64,000 bases of DNA from the NCBI GenBank assembly GCA_964016885.1, contig OZ024743.1, positions 213,962,001 through 214,026,000 of the forward strand. The letters run 5' to 3'. Within the stretch, counting starts at the first letter, position 1; each line of letters starts with the position of its first letter. Positions 13,666 to 26,400 of this stretch are shown here, one piece after another. The DNA is from Eledone cirrhosa (taxonomy: Eukaryota). The position numbers and the translations under genes were made by a program. The notes below the pieces were generated by a model. The model had not been told where the DNA came from. It worked only from the letters and a program-made list of their open reading frames with translations, and searched no databases.

Positions 13666-13988
13666 AAGATATGTTACATTATGGTGAATATAACTCGCAG
13701 TTATGACAAGCTAAATAGGTAAAACTGAATTATTTGATGTGCATAATATCAAGTATAACAACACCAATTATTAACAAAGATCTCCCTAATAACTGAAGAA
13801 GTGTAATGACAATGTATAAGTGTTTCTTGTTTTGAAACTGGTGGAAAGAAAAAAAAATTCATCATAGAGGCACACATGCCTAACACTCGAACTCATCAGT
13901 ATACAATTAGAATGACATACACACACCCACATACATACATAATTCATGCATGGATGCAGCATACTAATCCCGATCCATATATATATAT

Positions 13989-14071
<83 letters not shown>

Positions 14072-14176
14072 ATGTGTGTGATTACGCGCGTAACAGGTCG
14101 ACAAACAATAAAAAACTAAATGCACGTAAGCAAAGCTTCATAGTTTTTCTTAATACACACACACACACACACACAC

Positions 14177-14275
<99 letters not shown>

Positions 14276-14382
14276 TAAACGGAATAGAAAATGCTGACAA
14301 ATTGTTCACAGTGAAAAATAGTTTAATTAGGAATAAGTGAGAATTAGTAATTGTATTGGTTAGTATTCAGTATTGGTTAGTA

Positions 14383-14744
14383 TAGAGGGTTCGGAATTCT
14401 ATTTCAAAGAAGGACAACGTTTTATAGTAAAACACAATTTCACATGTGCATCGGAAAATGTAATATATGTATTAACTTGCTCAGGTCGTCGAGAACAATA
14501 CATAGGCCAGACCAAAAACAGCCTCCGCCAACGCATGACTGTCCATAGATCCTAAATTAAAATACGGGAATACAGGAAAATACCACTGAGTGAACACATT
14601 GATACCTGTGCCACCCAAAATCATCCCAACTTCAGAATCTTTCCCCTCTACAAATTTAAAGATAATCCCACCCACACGCAGCGCATCAGCAAGGAATCTT
14701 ACTTTATTAGCAAATACGGACCCCGTCTAAACACTTCTCCCTAA
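14383..14744 (+). pseudogene. GIY-YIG endonuclease domain of PLE
   Basis: FTCASENVIYVLTCSGRREQYIGQTKNSLRQRMTVHRS*IKIREYRKIPLSEHIDTC...FRIFPLY...RISKESYFISKYGPRLN; one in-frame stop. Confidence 0.9.
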
Positions 14745-14959
14745 GACGAACCCACAACATACACACGTCAACATAAATACCTACATCAGCACACATCTCT
14801 ACCCACATATAAACACAATGACATACGTAAACACACATGTTCTATGGTGCAACACAAATATAAACAAATTTGCATACCTTTTGATGTCTATAGATATAAA
14901 TGTGCCGACACACACACATACATAAACGCACACATGCATTGCACACTGAGGGGCACATA

Positions 14960-15432
14960 CATTTTTGTGCACAGGTATTACAATACGGCAAAGCCTAATG
15001 AATTCCCCTTGCAGTACGTGCAATCTGGACACACTCCAGATACATATTTGTACACAGGTATACAATTTCTGGACACACTCCAGATGCATGTGTACAATTT
15101 GTGCACAAGTGTATAATTTGTGCACAGGTATACAATTTCTGGACACACTCCAAATACATATTTGTGCCCAGGTATTCCAATACGGCAAGGCCTTACAATC
15201 TGGACACACTCCAGATACATATTTGTGCACAGGTATACAATTTCTGGACACACTCCAGATACATGTGTACAATGTGTGCACGAGTATACAATTTGTGCAC
15301 AGGTATACACTTTCTGGACATACTCCAGATACATGTGTACAATTTGTGCACAAGTATACAATTTGTGCACAGGTATTCCAATACGGCGAGGCCTAAGGGA
15401 TCCCCCTTTCAGTACGTACAATCTGGACACAC
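14960..15432. repeat. Complex minisatellite with hairpin unit TCTGGA-CACAC-TCCAGA and 175-bp higher-order duplication
   Basis: Unit starts at 15024, 15068, 15138, 15199, 15243, 15313, 15422; first three recur exactly 175 bp later. Confidence 0.9.
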
Positions 15433-15661
15433 ACACACACTCACACACACCTTGGTATTATGCCAATACTATATATCATTTCACACCTTTTATTATTAAG
15501 GTTTTTGATGTTCTATTGAGAGAATCGATTTTACTGAAAATATCGAATAATGTACACCATTTTACCAGGAAAAAAATACTGGTCCACCCACACACATTCT
15601 CACACACACACACATATATATAGACACACACATACACACGCGTACATTAAAATACAAAAAT

Positions 15662-15731
<70 letters not shown>

Positions 15732-16394
15732 CTCCGTATAAGACAAGAGGTGAAAAATATCTTTTAACATGTTAAAATATCCCCCACTCACTTACAGACA
15801 CATTCCTACTGACCATCCCTCTACCACGAATTACTCTGCTACACACACACACACTTGTCTTAATAGGCATTTGAATTGTCAACAGGCTGCGGTTCGCACA
15901 CACATCCCTGCTGACCATTATCACAACAACAAACACTTTAATACTACTACACACACACACACATATTTGTTGTGAAAGAGTCATTTCTCAGTCAGCCAAC
16001 ACAAACCTACATTTGGCGCAAAATCAATTTTTAACATTCACATGACCTCTACCGACCAATCAAAATTGTTTTGACCACAAGAATTTTTGCAATACGAATT
16101 GGCGCAAAACTAATTTTAATACCGCTGGAGCCACTTTTTTAACATAAAAACAGGTAGAATTCCCAAAACTAATCAGATCAGAGCAAACTTCACGGACACT
16201 CTATCTCAAAATTATTTTTGAAAAGCATTAGAAATGTGCAACCGGTAAAACTTAAAACCAAAACTGAATACTAACCAATACAATTACTAATTCTCACTTA
16301 TTCCTAATTAAACTATTTTTCACTGTGAACAATTTGTCAGCATTTTCTATTCCGTTTACCAATATATAATAACTTGTGTGTTACACCTCTATTC

Positions 16395-16479
<85 letters not shown>

Positions 16480-16618
16480 TGAAAGTGAGGTTTTTTTTTA
16501 CAAAATGAAAAATAACCGACGAGTCCTACACAAGTGAAAGTATAAAGATAAAAAGATGAAATCGAAAATGCAACTGGTGTCTTATTTAAAAAAAAATATA
16601 TATATAATTATTTGGTTC

Positions 16619-16654
16619 CTTTACCGGTTTCGCAGTTCTTCTGCTTTTCAAATG
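16619..16654 (-). ncRNA. Minimal type I HHR, U3-A8 core variant
   Basis: cat TTGAAAA gcag aagaa ctgc GAAA ccgg TA aag; perfect 4-bp stem II, palindromic ACCGGT stem III; same core as 63049-63084. Confidence 0.7.
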
Positions 16655-17183
16655 TAGAGTTGAGATGGAGGGTCTGTGGTTTTCTCACATCTGGTTGGTC
16701 TATGAATGTTGTCTCATATGGAAAAAAGTGGTTCGAAATACCAGGTTTTTAGAGAAGTAATTTGATTGGTTGGTCAATAATTATAATACATTTCGTGCCA
16801 GTTCGCGTTACAAAGTTCTTCAAACAGGGGGGGGGCGGGCACCGGTTGTTTTTTCATATATGAGTGTTTGAATTTCTTTTTACCTTAAAAAAATGGGCTC
16901 AATAAGGCTTTTTTTAATAAACGTAATTTGACTGGTTATAAATGAAATTATGGCTGTCACGTGAACAAGTTTTCATTAAATTTTCGCGCCCTTATTTGGA
17001 AATCTATTCTGTAGCCTTTTTAGAGAATTTTATGACAAGCAAAATATGATGGTCAAGAGAAATGGGATGGGAGAATTGTTCTGGTTCAGTGAATATGGTT
17101 AGTTCGCTGGGGTGTCAGAATTCAGATTTTCTATTGAAGTAAAGAAAGTAAAGATGTGTATGTTTATTTGTGTGCTTGTGTGC

Positions 17184-17229
<46 letters not shown>

Positions 17230-17507
17230 TGGAAGATGATTCTATTAGTAGAAATGGGGGAGGGAGTTGTGTGTATATGGGTGTTATGTGTGTGTGTGTG
17301 GGAGTATGTTAAGATGGAGAGATATATATTTTGTGTGTGTGTATATACGTGTGTAGGAAAGTGATTCTATTAGTAGAAATGGCGGAGGGAGTTGTGTCTG
17401 TGTATATATATATATAACAAAGGAATTGTGGTAAGGAACCAGATGGACCATAACGCACTAGAGTAATCAATACTTAGGGTAGTTGAGTGGAAATAGGAAA
17501 AAGTATG

Positions 17508-17603
17508 GCCCCGACGACAGAGCTCAAGCCGTTTCGGCGGCTATTTCTGGACTAAATTAGAATGTTTAGCTTGGTGAATTAATAGCCGAACTTGTCAAGG
17601 GGT
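17508..17603 (-). ncRNA. Type I HHR, U3-A8 variant
   Basis: acccc TTGACAA gttcggcta..tagccgcc GAAAC ggcttgagctctgtc GTC ggggc. Confidence 0.75.
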
Positions 17604-18390
17604 ACTTCCTTATATGGGCAGATTGTAGTTGTCAAAAGGATTGGTTAAAATTTGTTGTAAACACAAACAAGTCTATCATGGCATTTGGTGGGAGGTAGGA
17701 GTTGCTGAATTTGCCTGTAGAACAATAGGGGAGTGAGTGGAGCGGTCAAGCGTTGAAAGTGATATGTATACATCAGATTCTAAGGATAGTGTATGAAATG
17801 GAGGAGGGAGGTTATAGAATAGGTAATTCGAATGAGAGTAGGAGACAATAAAAGATAATAGAAATAAATAAAAAAAAATATATATATATAAAATTAGATA
17901 GTGAGAAATGAATAAAACAAAATCTCAATGCTAACTGACAATTCCAGGTTAATAAGTTGTGAATAGAAAAAAACTTATAGAAATTGAGTAGTAACAAAAC
18001 TGATACAAAATTAAAGGGGTCGTACACATCTGCTATAAGTAGTTAGTAAAACGTAATCGGCCAATTCTATCTTAAAATTACAGGGGTGGGGGAACTGAAG
18101 CTACAGAGGCCCGATGGGCTGCATCGGGGTGGACGAAAGGGGAAAAGCAGACGAGGAAGAAAATAGGAGGTCGAAGGAAGTGGTTGGATGAGACGGGGGA
18201 AGAAGAAGACAAAGAGGAAAAGAAAAGAGATACATCTATCTTTGTCTTCTTCTTCCCCCTGTCTCATCCTACCACTTCCTTCCACCACCTATTTTCTTCC
18301 TCCCACCATATGCCATGATAGACTTATTTGTGTTTACAATAAATTTTAACCAATCCTCTTGACAACTTCAATCTTCCCATATAAGGAAGT

Positions 18391-18487
18391 ACCCCCTTGA
18401 CAAGTTCGGGTATTTATTCACCAGGCTAAAAAGTCTAATTTAGTCCAGAAATAACCGTCGAAACGGCTTGAGCTCTGCCGTCGGGGT
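18391..18487 (+). ncRNA. Type I HHR, U3-A8 variant
   Basis: cccc TTGACAA (18397-18403) gttcgg..ccgtc GAAAC (18460) ggcttgagctctgcc GTC gggg. Confidence 0.75.
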
Positions 18488-18564
18488 CATACTTTTTCCT
18501 ATATATATATATATATTATTCAGAATATTAATAAACGAAGACATTCACATAATCAAAATATATG

Positions 18565-18626
18565 TTTTATTATATATATTTCGAATGTACTGTGCTGTTT
18601 TTTCAGGACGTCCTCATCAGATAAAA
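18565..18626 (-). ncRNA. Type I HHR in short element with 23-bp inverted ends
   Basis: ttttat CTGATGA ggacgt..acattc GAAA tatata TA ataaaa; inverted repeat ATATTATTCAGAATATTAATAAA at ~18513-18535 / 18689-18711. Confidence 0.75.
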
Positions 18627-18768
18627 TACATGAATTGATGTATGACATACCTCAACGGACTTCATGGTTCAATTCCAGTATTGGCATATTTATTAATATT
18701 CTGAATAATATTAATAACTCCATTAATAACTATTCATTGAGTAATCAATAAACCATATTAATCTGTGG

Positions 18769-18909
<141 letters not shown>

Positions 18910-18914
18910 TATAG

Positions 18915-19054
<140 letters not shown>

Positions 19055-20450
19055 TATAGGATGTATCTGCGTTTGTGTGTTGTATGTTTGGATCGGATGC
19101 ATGACAAAATGTATATATCACACGATACAAGAATGGTGAGTTCATTATTTATAAAGCAACACCAAGTAAATATTTTCACACGAGTCGGGTATTATCTTCC
19201 CATTGATATTTCTCAGAAAATATCTTTACTTTAGAAAAACTGTGTAAATTGATGATTTGTTTTTCTGTTTCTTGTTTTCAATTCTGCTATGTTGCATAAT
19301 TCTTTGATGATAGAAATGAGTGACCTCCCATGTCCACAAATGATTGCTCCATAGTGAAATTAAATGAACAACAACAACTACAACAACAACAACAAAATAT
19401 CGCCCGAAAGAAATCAAGAAATAGGAAAATACTAACGACAAGAATATACGGTGACAAACAAAGAACAGTATCTATGCAATATTCCTAGACCAGCTCTCGT
19501 AAATGTGTTATGCTGTGTTGCACATAATTTGTGTGCAATATATTCAAAACATAGATCATATATTATTGAATATCATACAGGAATATTTACAACGAAAATG
19601 ATCCGATATGAATCATTAATGGATAATGCAGGATTCCTATATTTCTGGCGCTATAATACAGTTAAAAGTTTTGGGGAATCAGTTTTAGCATGCTGTTATA
19701 GTTAATCCCCATATAAGAATTGAACACGCTTTAATATGTATCTAAGATTAGCGCTTATTTCTAGGCAGTCGTGCAACATTTTACGGGCCATTTCGTTACC
19801 TACAAAGGGAAACTTACTTCATTGTACTGTTTGATTTGTCTATATTTATCTTTGATTCGTTGTACTTTTATAGAATTCTAATGAAATATCCTTCATCAAA
19901 GTTTTTTTTACTTTTCCCGGTTAATATCTAGCCAATTTTCATCGCTAAAATGAATTTGTGTTATTAAGAGTTTTTGGCCGTTGATTATTTACTGAATTTC
20001 ATAGCTCGGAAACCTGCCTAAATGTGAGGACTGCTGACCCAAGAGCTGGTATATATCCTACATAACTGGAAGGATTATGGATTATAACTAACCAGCGAAA
20101 ATTCACAACCTTGCACCCAAAACCTATCCTCACCCTCATTGTAAAACTCACATCTCCATAATATCTTTCTAACACGCCGAAAAAGAAAAGAAGAATAACA
20201 TCCCTTCTCCGAAGATATAAGCTCTATAACATCTATCCAGCACAACAAAACCTTATGTAAATACCCCACTGTATCATTCCTGCCCACATAATCGATTCCC
20301 TATCCCTAAGCACAAACAAGTTCCTTCTATTTTGCACAAGATTAAGTATATGTTATCCTTCTTATCTAATTGAACTCGCACAAATTTTCTCCCCTCCCAT
20401 AAGAACACCCAATTTGAACTTTAATCCACACGATATACGTACGTAAGATA

Positions 20451-20505
20451 TTGAACTGACGAGCTTTGGAAATTACAAATTCCTTAATGAAATGCGTGTA
20501 TTTGA
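20451..20505 (+). ncRNA. Degenerate type I HHR
   Basis: ttgaa CTGACGA gctttggaa..ttccttaat GAAA tgcgtg TA tttga; stems rely on G.U pairs and mismatches. Confidence 0.45.
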
Positions 20506-20681
20506 GAGATGAACATGTCAATTTAACCATACACACGCACACACGCACACACACATATATACACACACATTTTCTCAATGGCTAGGAATTCAGTCCACGC
20601 TTTGCTATTTCCTATCCACTGAATTATTTTTTAATAAGTTTCCAGTGTCCACGCTTTGCCTGGATACTTAGATGAGAATAG

Positions 20682-20763
20682 ACCACCCTGACGACGGAAT
20701 GCTTCTCTGTATCTTCTTTGGAAAATAGATTTATTCCATTCCAGAAACTAATTAGTTGGAAGT
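20682..20763 (+). ncRNA. Family C HHR, copy 1
   Basis: cc CTGACGA c ggaatg..cattcc a GAAAC taatta GTT gg; stem I weakened (accacc/ggaagt). Confidence 0.7.
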
Positions 20764-21199
20764 GATATTTTAGTAAGTAAGTTAATTTTATAATTTTCTT
20801 ATTTTACGTCTTTCATATTATTGTTCTGCAACCCCATGCATTGAACGACAAAGTTACTAAGACAAAACCTATATATTTGCTAGCATTGATATGCATCTGT
20901 ATGTATATATATGTTACTAGATATTAATTCTTTATAATTATCTCCAAATTATTTGTCGAGCAATATTGGCCATGACTGCTGCTATGGTAGCAGGCTGCCG
21001 TCTTATTAGCAAACCACTTTCCACTGATTGACCTCGATGTCACGTGATTGATTCTTTTTGAATTTGCCACCGACGCAGAGGCAGTGATTTTCTCAATGGC
21101 TAGGAATTCAGTCCACGCTTTGCTATTTCCTATCCACTGAACTATTTTTTAATAGGTTTCCAGTGTCCACGCTTTGCCTGGATACTTAGATGAGAATAG

Positions 21200-21281
21200 A
21201 CCTCCCTGACGACGGAATGCTTCTCCGTACCTTCTTCGGAAAATATATTTATTCCATTCCAGAAACTAATTAGTTGGAAGT
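21200..21281 (+). ncRNA. Family C HHR, copy 2
   Basis: acctcc CTGACGA c ggaatg..cattcc a GAAAC taatta GTT ggaagt. Confidence 0.8.
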
Positions 21282-21717
21282 GATATTTTAGTAAGTAAGA
21301 TAATTTTATAATTTTCTTATTTTACGTCTCTCATATTATTGTTCTGCAGCCCCATGCATTGAACCACAAAGTTACTAAGACAACACCTATATATTTGCTA
21401 GCATTGATATGCATCTGTATGTATATATATGTTACTAGATATTAATTCTTTATAATTATCTCCAAATTATTTGTCGAGCAATATTGGCCATGACTGCTGC
21501 TATGGTAGCAGGCCGCTGTCTTATTAGCAAACCACTTTCCACTGATTGACCTCGATGTCACGTGATTGATTCTTTTTGAATTTGCCACCGACGCAGAGGC
21601 AGTGATTTTCTCAATGGCTAGGAATTCAGTCCACGCTTTGCTATTTCCTATCCACTGAATTATTTTTTAATAAGTTTCCAGTGTCCACGCTTTGCCTGGA
21701 TACTTAGATGAGAATAG

Positions 21718-21799
21718 ACCTCCCTGACGACGGAATGCTTCTCTGTATCTTCTTCGGAAAATATATTTATTCCATTCCAGAAACTAATTAGTTGGAAGT
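21718..21799 (+). ncRNA. Family C HHR, copy 3
   Basis: Same as copy 2; inner hairpin capped by cUUCGg. Confidence 0.8.
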
Positions 21800-21965
21800 G
21801 ATACTTTAGTAAGTAAGTTAATTTTATAATTTTCTTATTTTACGTCTCTCATATTATTGTTCTGCAACCCCATGCATTGAACGACAAAGTTACTAAGACA
21901 AAACCTATATATTTGCTAGCATTGATATGCATCTGTATGTATATATATGTTACTAGATATTAATT

Positions 21966-22056
<91 letters not shown>

Positions 22057-22117
22057 CATATATACACATGCAAAATTCATACATATATATATTTGAACAC
22101 ACACACACACACACACT

Positions 22118-22152
<35 letters not shown>

Positions 22153-22154
<2 letters not shown>

Positions 22155-22314
22155 CAAAGAAAGTGTGGTAAGGAACCAGATGGATCATAACGCACTAGAG
22201 TACACGATACTTAGGGTAGTAGAGTGGGTAATAGGAAAAGAATGAGGAACCCGTTCGGAGCTACTTGTCGAAACGGCCGGAGCTCAGCTGGCGGGGTCAT
22301 TACTCTTTTCCCTT

Positions 22315-22317
<3 letters not shown>
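22153..22317. mobile_element. Family B-related rearranged pLTR fragment
   Basis: GTGGTAAGGAACCAGATGGA.. end followed by inverted 3' half of HHR (GAAACGGCCGGAGCTCAGCTGGCGGGG). Confidence 0.7.
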
Positions 22318-22374
<57 letters not shown>

Positions 22375-22375
22375 A

Positions 22376-22491
22376 GTTGAAAAAAAATGAAAACGAAATT
22401 TCATTTCTCACTCTTAGTATGGCACTTACTTAAATGTAAGTATGTATGTATACGTACATACATATATGTATACAGACGTACAGTAGTATGC

Positions 22492-22548
<57 letters not shown>

Positions 22549-23008
22549 CATATACATATATACATACAGGTACAAATACATATATGCACGCATCAGTTTA
22601 GCGGACGTTTATTATAACGCCGCTTTGTTCGTTTGTTTGTCAACAAACCGAACAGCCTGAATTTATGCCATACGGTGTTAAGGCAACCACGTCACCTTTT
22701 TGTTCAACACTGACACAGGAACGATGTACTAGTTTCAAGCTTGTTAGCTATCATCAGCACCGTTTACCCATCTGCCAGATAGTTGAACGTTCGAAAGTAT
22801 ATACTTTCCTTATGAAAATTAACGGCTGAGCAGCCTAATTTGCATATTGAGTGAGTTAAATCGGTCAGGCATACCGAAAACGATAAATTGAAACAAAATG
22901 AAAACGAAATTTCATTTCTCACTCTTAGTATGGCACTTACTTAAATGTAAGTATGCATGTATACGTACATACATAGATGTATACTGACGTACAGTAGCAT
23001 GCATATAT
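22376..23008 (-). mobile_element. Retrozyme-like 511-bp repeat (second unit runs into assembly gap)
   Basis: ATGAAAACGAAATTTCATTTCTC at 22387 and 22898; one HHR within the unit. Confidence 0.7.
22723..22761 (-). ncRNA. Minimal type I HHR
   Basis: ggtg CTGATGA t agct aaca agct t GAAAC ta GTA catc; palindromic ACTAGT stem III; U.U at 10.1/11.1. Confidence 0.8.
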
Positions 23009-23208
23009 NNNNNNNNNNNNNNNNNNNNNNNNNNNNNNNNNNNNNNNNNNNNNNNNNNNNNNNNNNNNNNNNNNNNNNNNNNNNNNNNNNNNNNNNNNNN
23101 NNNNNNNNNNNNNNNNNNNNNNNNNNNNNNNNNNNNNNNNNNNNNNNNNNNNNNNNNNNNNNNNNNNNNNNNNNNNNNNNNNNNNNNNNNNNNNNNNNNN
23201 NNNNNNNN
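23009..23208. other. Assembly gap (200 N)
   Basis: Run of N. Confidence 1.
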
Positions 23209-25540
23209 AGAAATCACACACAAAGCACAAAGGTAGTGGTTGATCATAATTTATTTAAAAGAGAATAATTTGAAGATAAATATAAAAATCACAAGTGTCT
23301 CATAGATCAATGAAAAAATTAAAGAGGGAGTTAAATAAAAGGAAGTCAAATCTTTGTAGAATCATGTCCCGTCACTTAACGACACTTCAATCATTACTGT
23401 CATAACTGGACTCACCCGTATCAAAAATTTTTTGTACATCCTATGTAGTACTGATGGAAATTTAGATGGCCCACGATAAAGATATTTGTATTTATTAACC
23501 AGGTTGATGTTTAAATATTCCCTCTTGTTATGTAGCCGAAACGCTGGGTTGTATAGCAGGGATATTTATAATTGCAACGGTATTTGTTCAACGTACACGT
23601 AAGTGGGCAAAATAAAGCGAAAAGATGTAGAAATTATTGGAAACTAGAGACGAGGGAAAAGGACGAAATGGAAATGAAAGATGGGGAGGAAAGTTGGCTA
23701 ACGAGGGTAAAGATGTGAGTAAAGACGGTTCTAGTGAGCGAAATACGAGGAAATCAGCAGAAAAGGGAGAATGAGGGATTGCTGTTATAGAAAGTGAAGG
23801 GATAAAGTGGAATAAAGTTGGCAACATGAAGGGTAAGAGGTACACATATCGGAAAAGAAAGGGAAGGACAGGGAAGTAAGGAAGTGGGTGTAAATTGGGT
23901 GGAAGGTTATAGCATGTAAACTATGCGAGAGTGCGATAGAGGTGGAAAGACGTGGATGGGAAGGAAGTATAACTGACTCCGATTAAATAGGTCAATTTAA
24001 CGCGTAAGAGGGCGAAAGTAGTGGTAGAAGATGCAGGAAGAGTTATGAAAGCAACTTGTGTTAAATAGAGATATATATTAAAGAAGTGGTAATAAAGTGA
24101 AAAAGGGGGAATGAGGCATAAAGTGGAGGAAAGAAGTAAAAAGGGAGGAAATGGGAGAAACAAGGTAAATGGTGGCACGGAATGGAGTGAAGGGGGAATA
24201 ACGGATTAAAACTACAAAGAAAGGTTTAAAAGGGTCAAGTGTGCAAAGAAAAACGCAATCTAGTGTTATGGACCAAAAGAGCGGGAATTGTAGGAAGTAG
24301 TGTTTCTGCATCAGAAACATTAAAGGAAGAGCTGAGTCAGTGGAATGTTAAACAAATTAATTACCACGAACGTGGATTGTCTAGCCTTTCTGCACTTACA
24401 CTTGATTCGAGAGTCGAAAGGTATGAACTACACTGCGTTGTGGGGGATACAGGAAGACAAAAGCAGATATTTAGAGCTGTCACTTTAGATACATAGCAAG
24501 AATACTCTGAGGTCACTTAAATCAACTATACATTCTCTTGAAGAATGCTGCATAGAAACTGCTGTGTGTTAAACAGTTTCGCGCAATTTCAGATTCTTCT
24601 TCTTCCAGAATGTGGCACCGTGCTCAAATATCATCTAACATAGTCTCACTTTGTAAGTGACAGAAACGGTTTTGAAGCCCGCTATAAGCATCGTAGTTGT
24701 TCTTAATCAAGTACCCAATTTAGAATTACCTCCTTGTCATTGGCTTCAGCAGTGGTGTCTGCTGTTTCACATATTCAGAGCTGACCTCAATGTCTTGCAG
24801 GTCGCGAAATAGCTCATGGGCACATTCTCTCATCCTCTGAATAAGTAATAAAAAATTCGCTTCGAAGGAAATGGTATTTCTTAAAGCTCTTTGAACATAT
24901 CTTATCAGAGGATATGTAAGATTTAACATTTATAGTGCTGCAATTTGAGTGTAAGAATGCTACCTGTATAGAGTATCTAATTATTTTAGGCTATGGCAAC
25001 AACACCATATTATTTAATGGAAATAAATTTGCGAAGAATTTCTATCAGATTTTTGAAAATGTTAGCAAAATGATTAAGGCAATGGCCTGTCACGGAGCGC
25101 TGGTGTTACAAAGACACGAACAACTGTCTGTGTAAAGCTCCGCCACTTGCGCATTGATATTTACGAGTAGGTTGCTTACGTTCGACTGACTGGTACATCC
25201 CTCGCCGAAACAGACGGAAGTCCATTTCATATTTGACACCAAACTTTTAGCAGTCTATAAAAAAATATGTTTGAGAACTCGAGGACATTTTCTAAGACAA
25301 ATTCGTTCTTTTTCTATTATAATTTCATTTGTCTAAGTTATATATGATATTTTCAAACAGATGTTTATAATTGTTGGTTAAATACATTAGTTTTTATAAG
25401 ATGGACACGTTAATTACTTTCGATTTATTTGTTTCGATTTATTGTTTTAGTAATTCTATTTCATATGATGATTTTTATAATGTTTCGTTTTTCCCAGCAA
25501 CAATTTTGTTCTATTTAATGGTAAGATAATGTTTATCATG

Positions 25541-25597
25541 CTACTACTACTACTACTACTACCACCACTACTACCACTACTACTACTACTACTACTG

Positions 25598-25649
<52 letters not shown>

Positions 25650-25650
25650 C
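25541..25650. repeat. (CTA)n microsatellite
   Basis: Direct reading. Confidence 0.95.
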
Positions 25651-25704
25651 AATAATAATTATCATTATTTCTTTTTGGTTTAAGTCCCGAATCTTGTAGG
25701 TCAA

Positions 25705-26400
25705 TACAGAAACCAGGGACAGTGGGTATTTTCAAAGGATAAACAATTTCAAAACGTGAAACAAAGAAAAAAGAAAGTAATAAAATCATGGCAATAAAAA
25801 TTCCCCAAGCTCTAGCCAAGGATAAGGTAAGAATCCTACAGATCATAAAACACCCTAAGGTGTCCCTCTCCTCTAGAAACTCTCCAGCCTACAGGCGCAT
25901 GATCAAAGTAGGCCCATTCACTCGGGCCATTCTCTCAACATTCACTCCCCTTTTACCAAATATACTGGTGGGCAGCACCCTAGAAATTTGAAGAGGTATT
26001 GGCTGAAGAGGACAGTTTGTCTTCAGTCATTTTAGTCGCGTCCAACACACAACCTCTTTTGCTACAGCCACAATAGAGCGGGAAAGTGCCTGCCCTTCTC
26101 GGGACTAATAGCTGTTCGACAAAACTCCACAAGTCCCCAATGCACGGAAACTGAACGATTACTTGCCTCTGCACGGATCACCAACAGGGCCGCTAGGCTG
26201 CACTACCGAGCCTATATATTTTGCCTCGAACTGGCAGTGCTCCCCATTAGCAATTCGAACCCAGGGATTTCTAGAAATTGTCCATAGTTCCCGGTTCGAA
26301 ATTTCTCAGGAATAAACTGTTAGTTCAATTTCGGCGACAACCCAGAATTTCTCCGAGAGCGTCTTTGCAGCTGCCCACCACAGACTACTCTGATGGAATC
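25705..26400 (-). mobile_element. 3' fragment of Tx1/L1-clade LINE
   Basis: Minus frames GALPVRGKIYRLGSA..C...VQFPCIGDLWSFVEQLL, VAVAKEVVCWTRLK, SIFGKRGVNVERMARVNGPTL: decayed zf-RVT-like C-terminus with deletions and stops. Confidence 0.65.

Larger units (their letters stand above)
14268..16400 (+). mobile_element. 5'-truncated PLE (Neptune-like endonuclease) with inverted terminal pLTR piece
   Basis: 14268-14370 is the reverse complement of 16264-16368; GIY-YIG fragment follows; (TA)n on both sides; degenerate HHR TTGAAAA gca..tgt GCAA ccgg TA at ~16218-16247. Confidence 0.85.
17416..18502. mobile_element. Family B-related pLTR pair, head-to-head with ~600-bp spacer
   Basis: Diverged inverted arms ~17493-17700 and ~18293-18502, each with a complete HHR; (TA)n flanks. 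Confidence 0.85.
20571..21969 (+). mobile_element. Retrozyme-like tandem array, 518-bp unit x2.7, one HHR per unit (family C)
   Basis: Unit starts 20571, 21089, 21607; CTGACGA at 20688, 21206, 21724; no ORF; ends in (TA)n. Confidence 0.9.

Noticed and set aside
14965-15623. Overlapping Cys/His-rich ORFs and CRISPR-like look of the hairpin repeats
   Set aside because: Intervening sequences are themselves repeated rather than unique spacers, there are no cas genes, and the context is eukaryotic; the ORFs arise from the minisatellite.
23590-24240. Purine-rich stretch and its F/P/L/S-rich ORFs (also the pyrimidine tract at 4810-5130)
   Set aside because: Compositional bias only; no periodicity or domain found.
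25100-25310. Weak KDZ-transposase-like words on minus strand (FFID..C.GEG..INAQVAE)
   Set aside because: Too short and degenerate to call without an HMM search.
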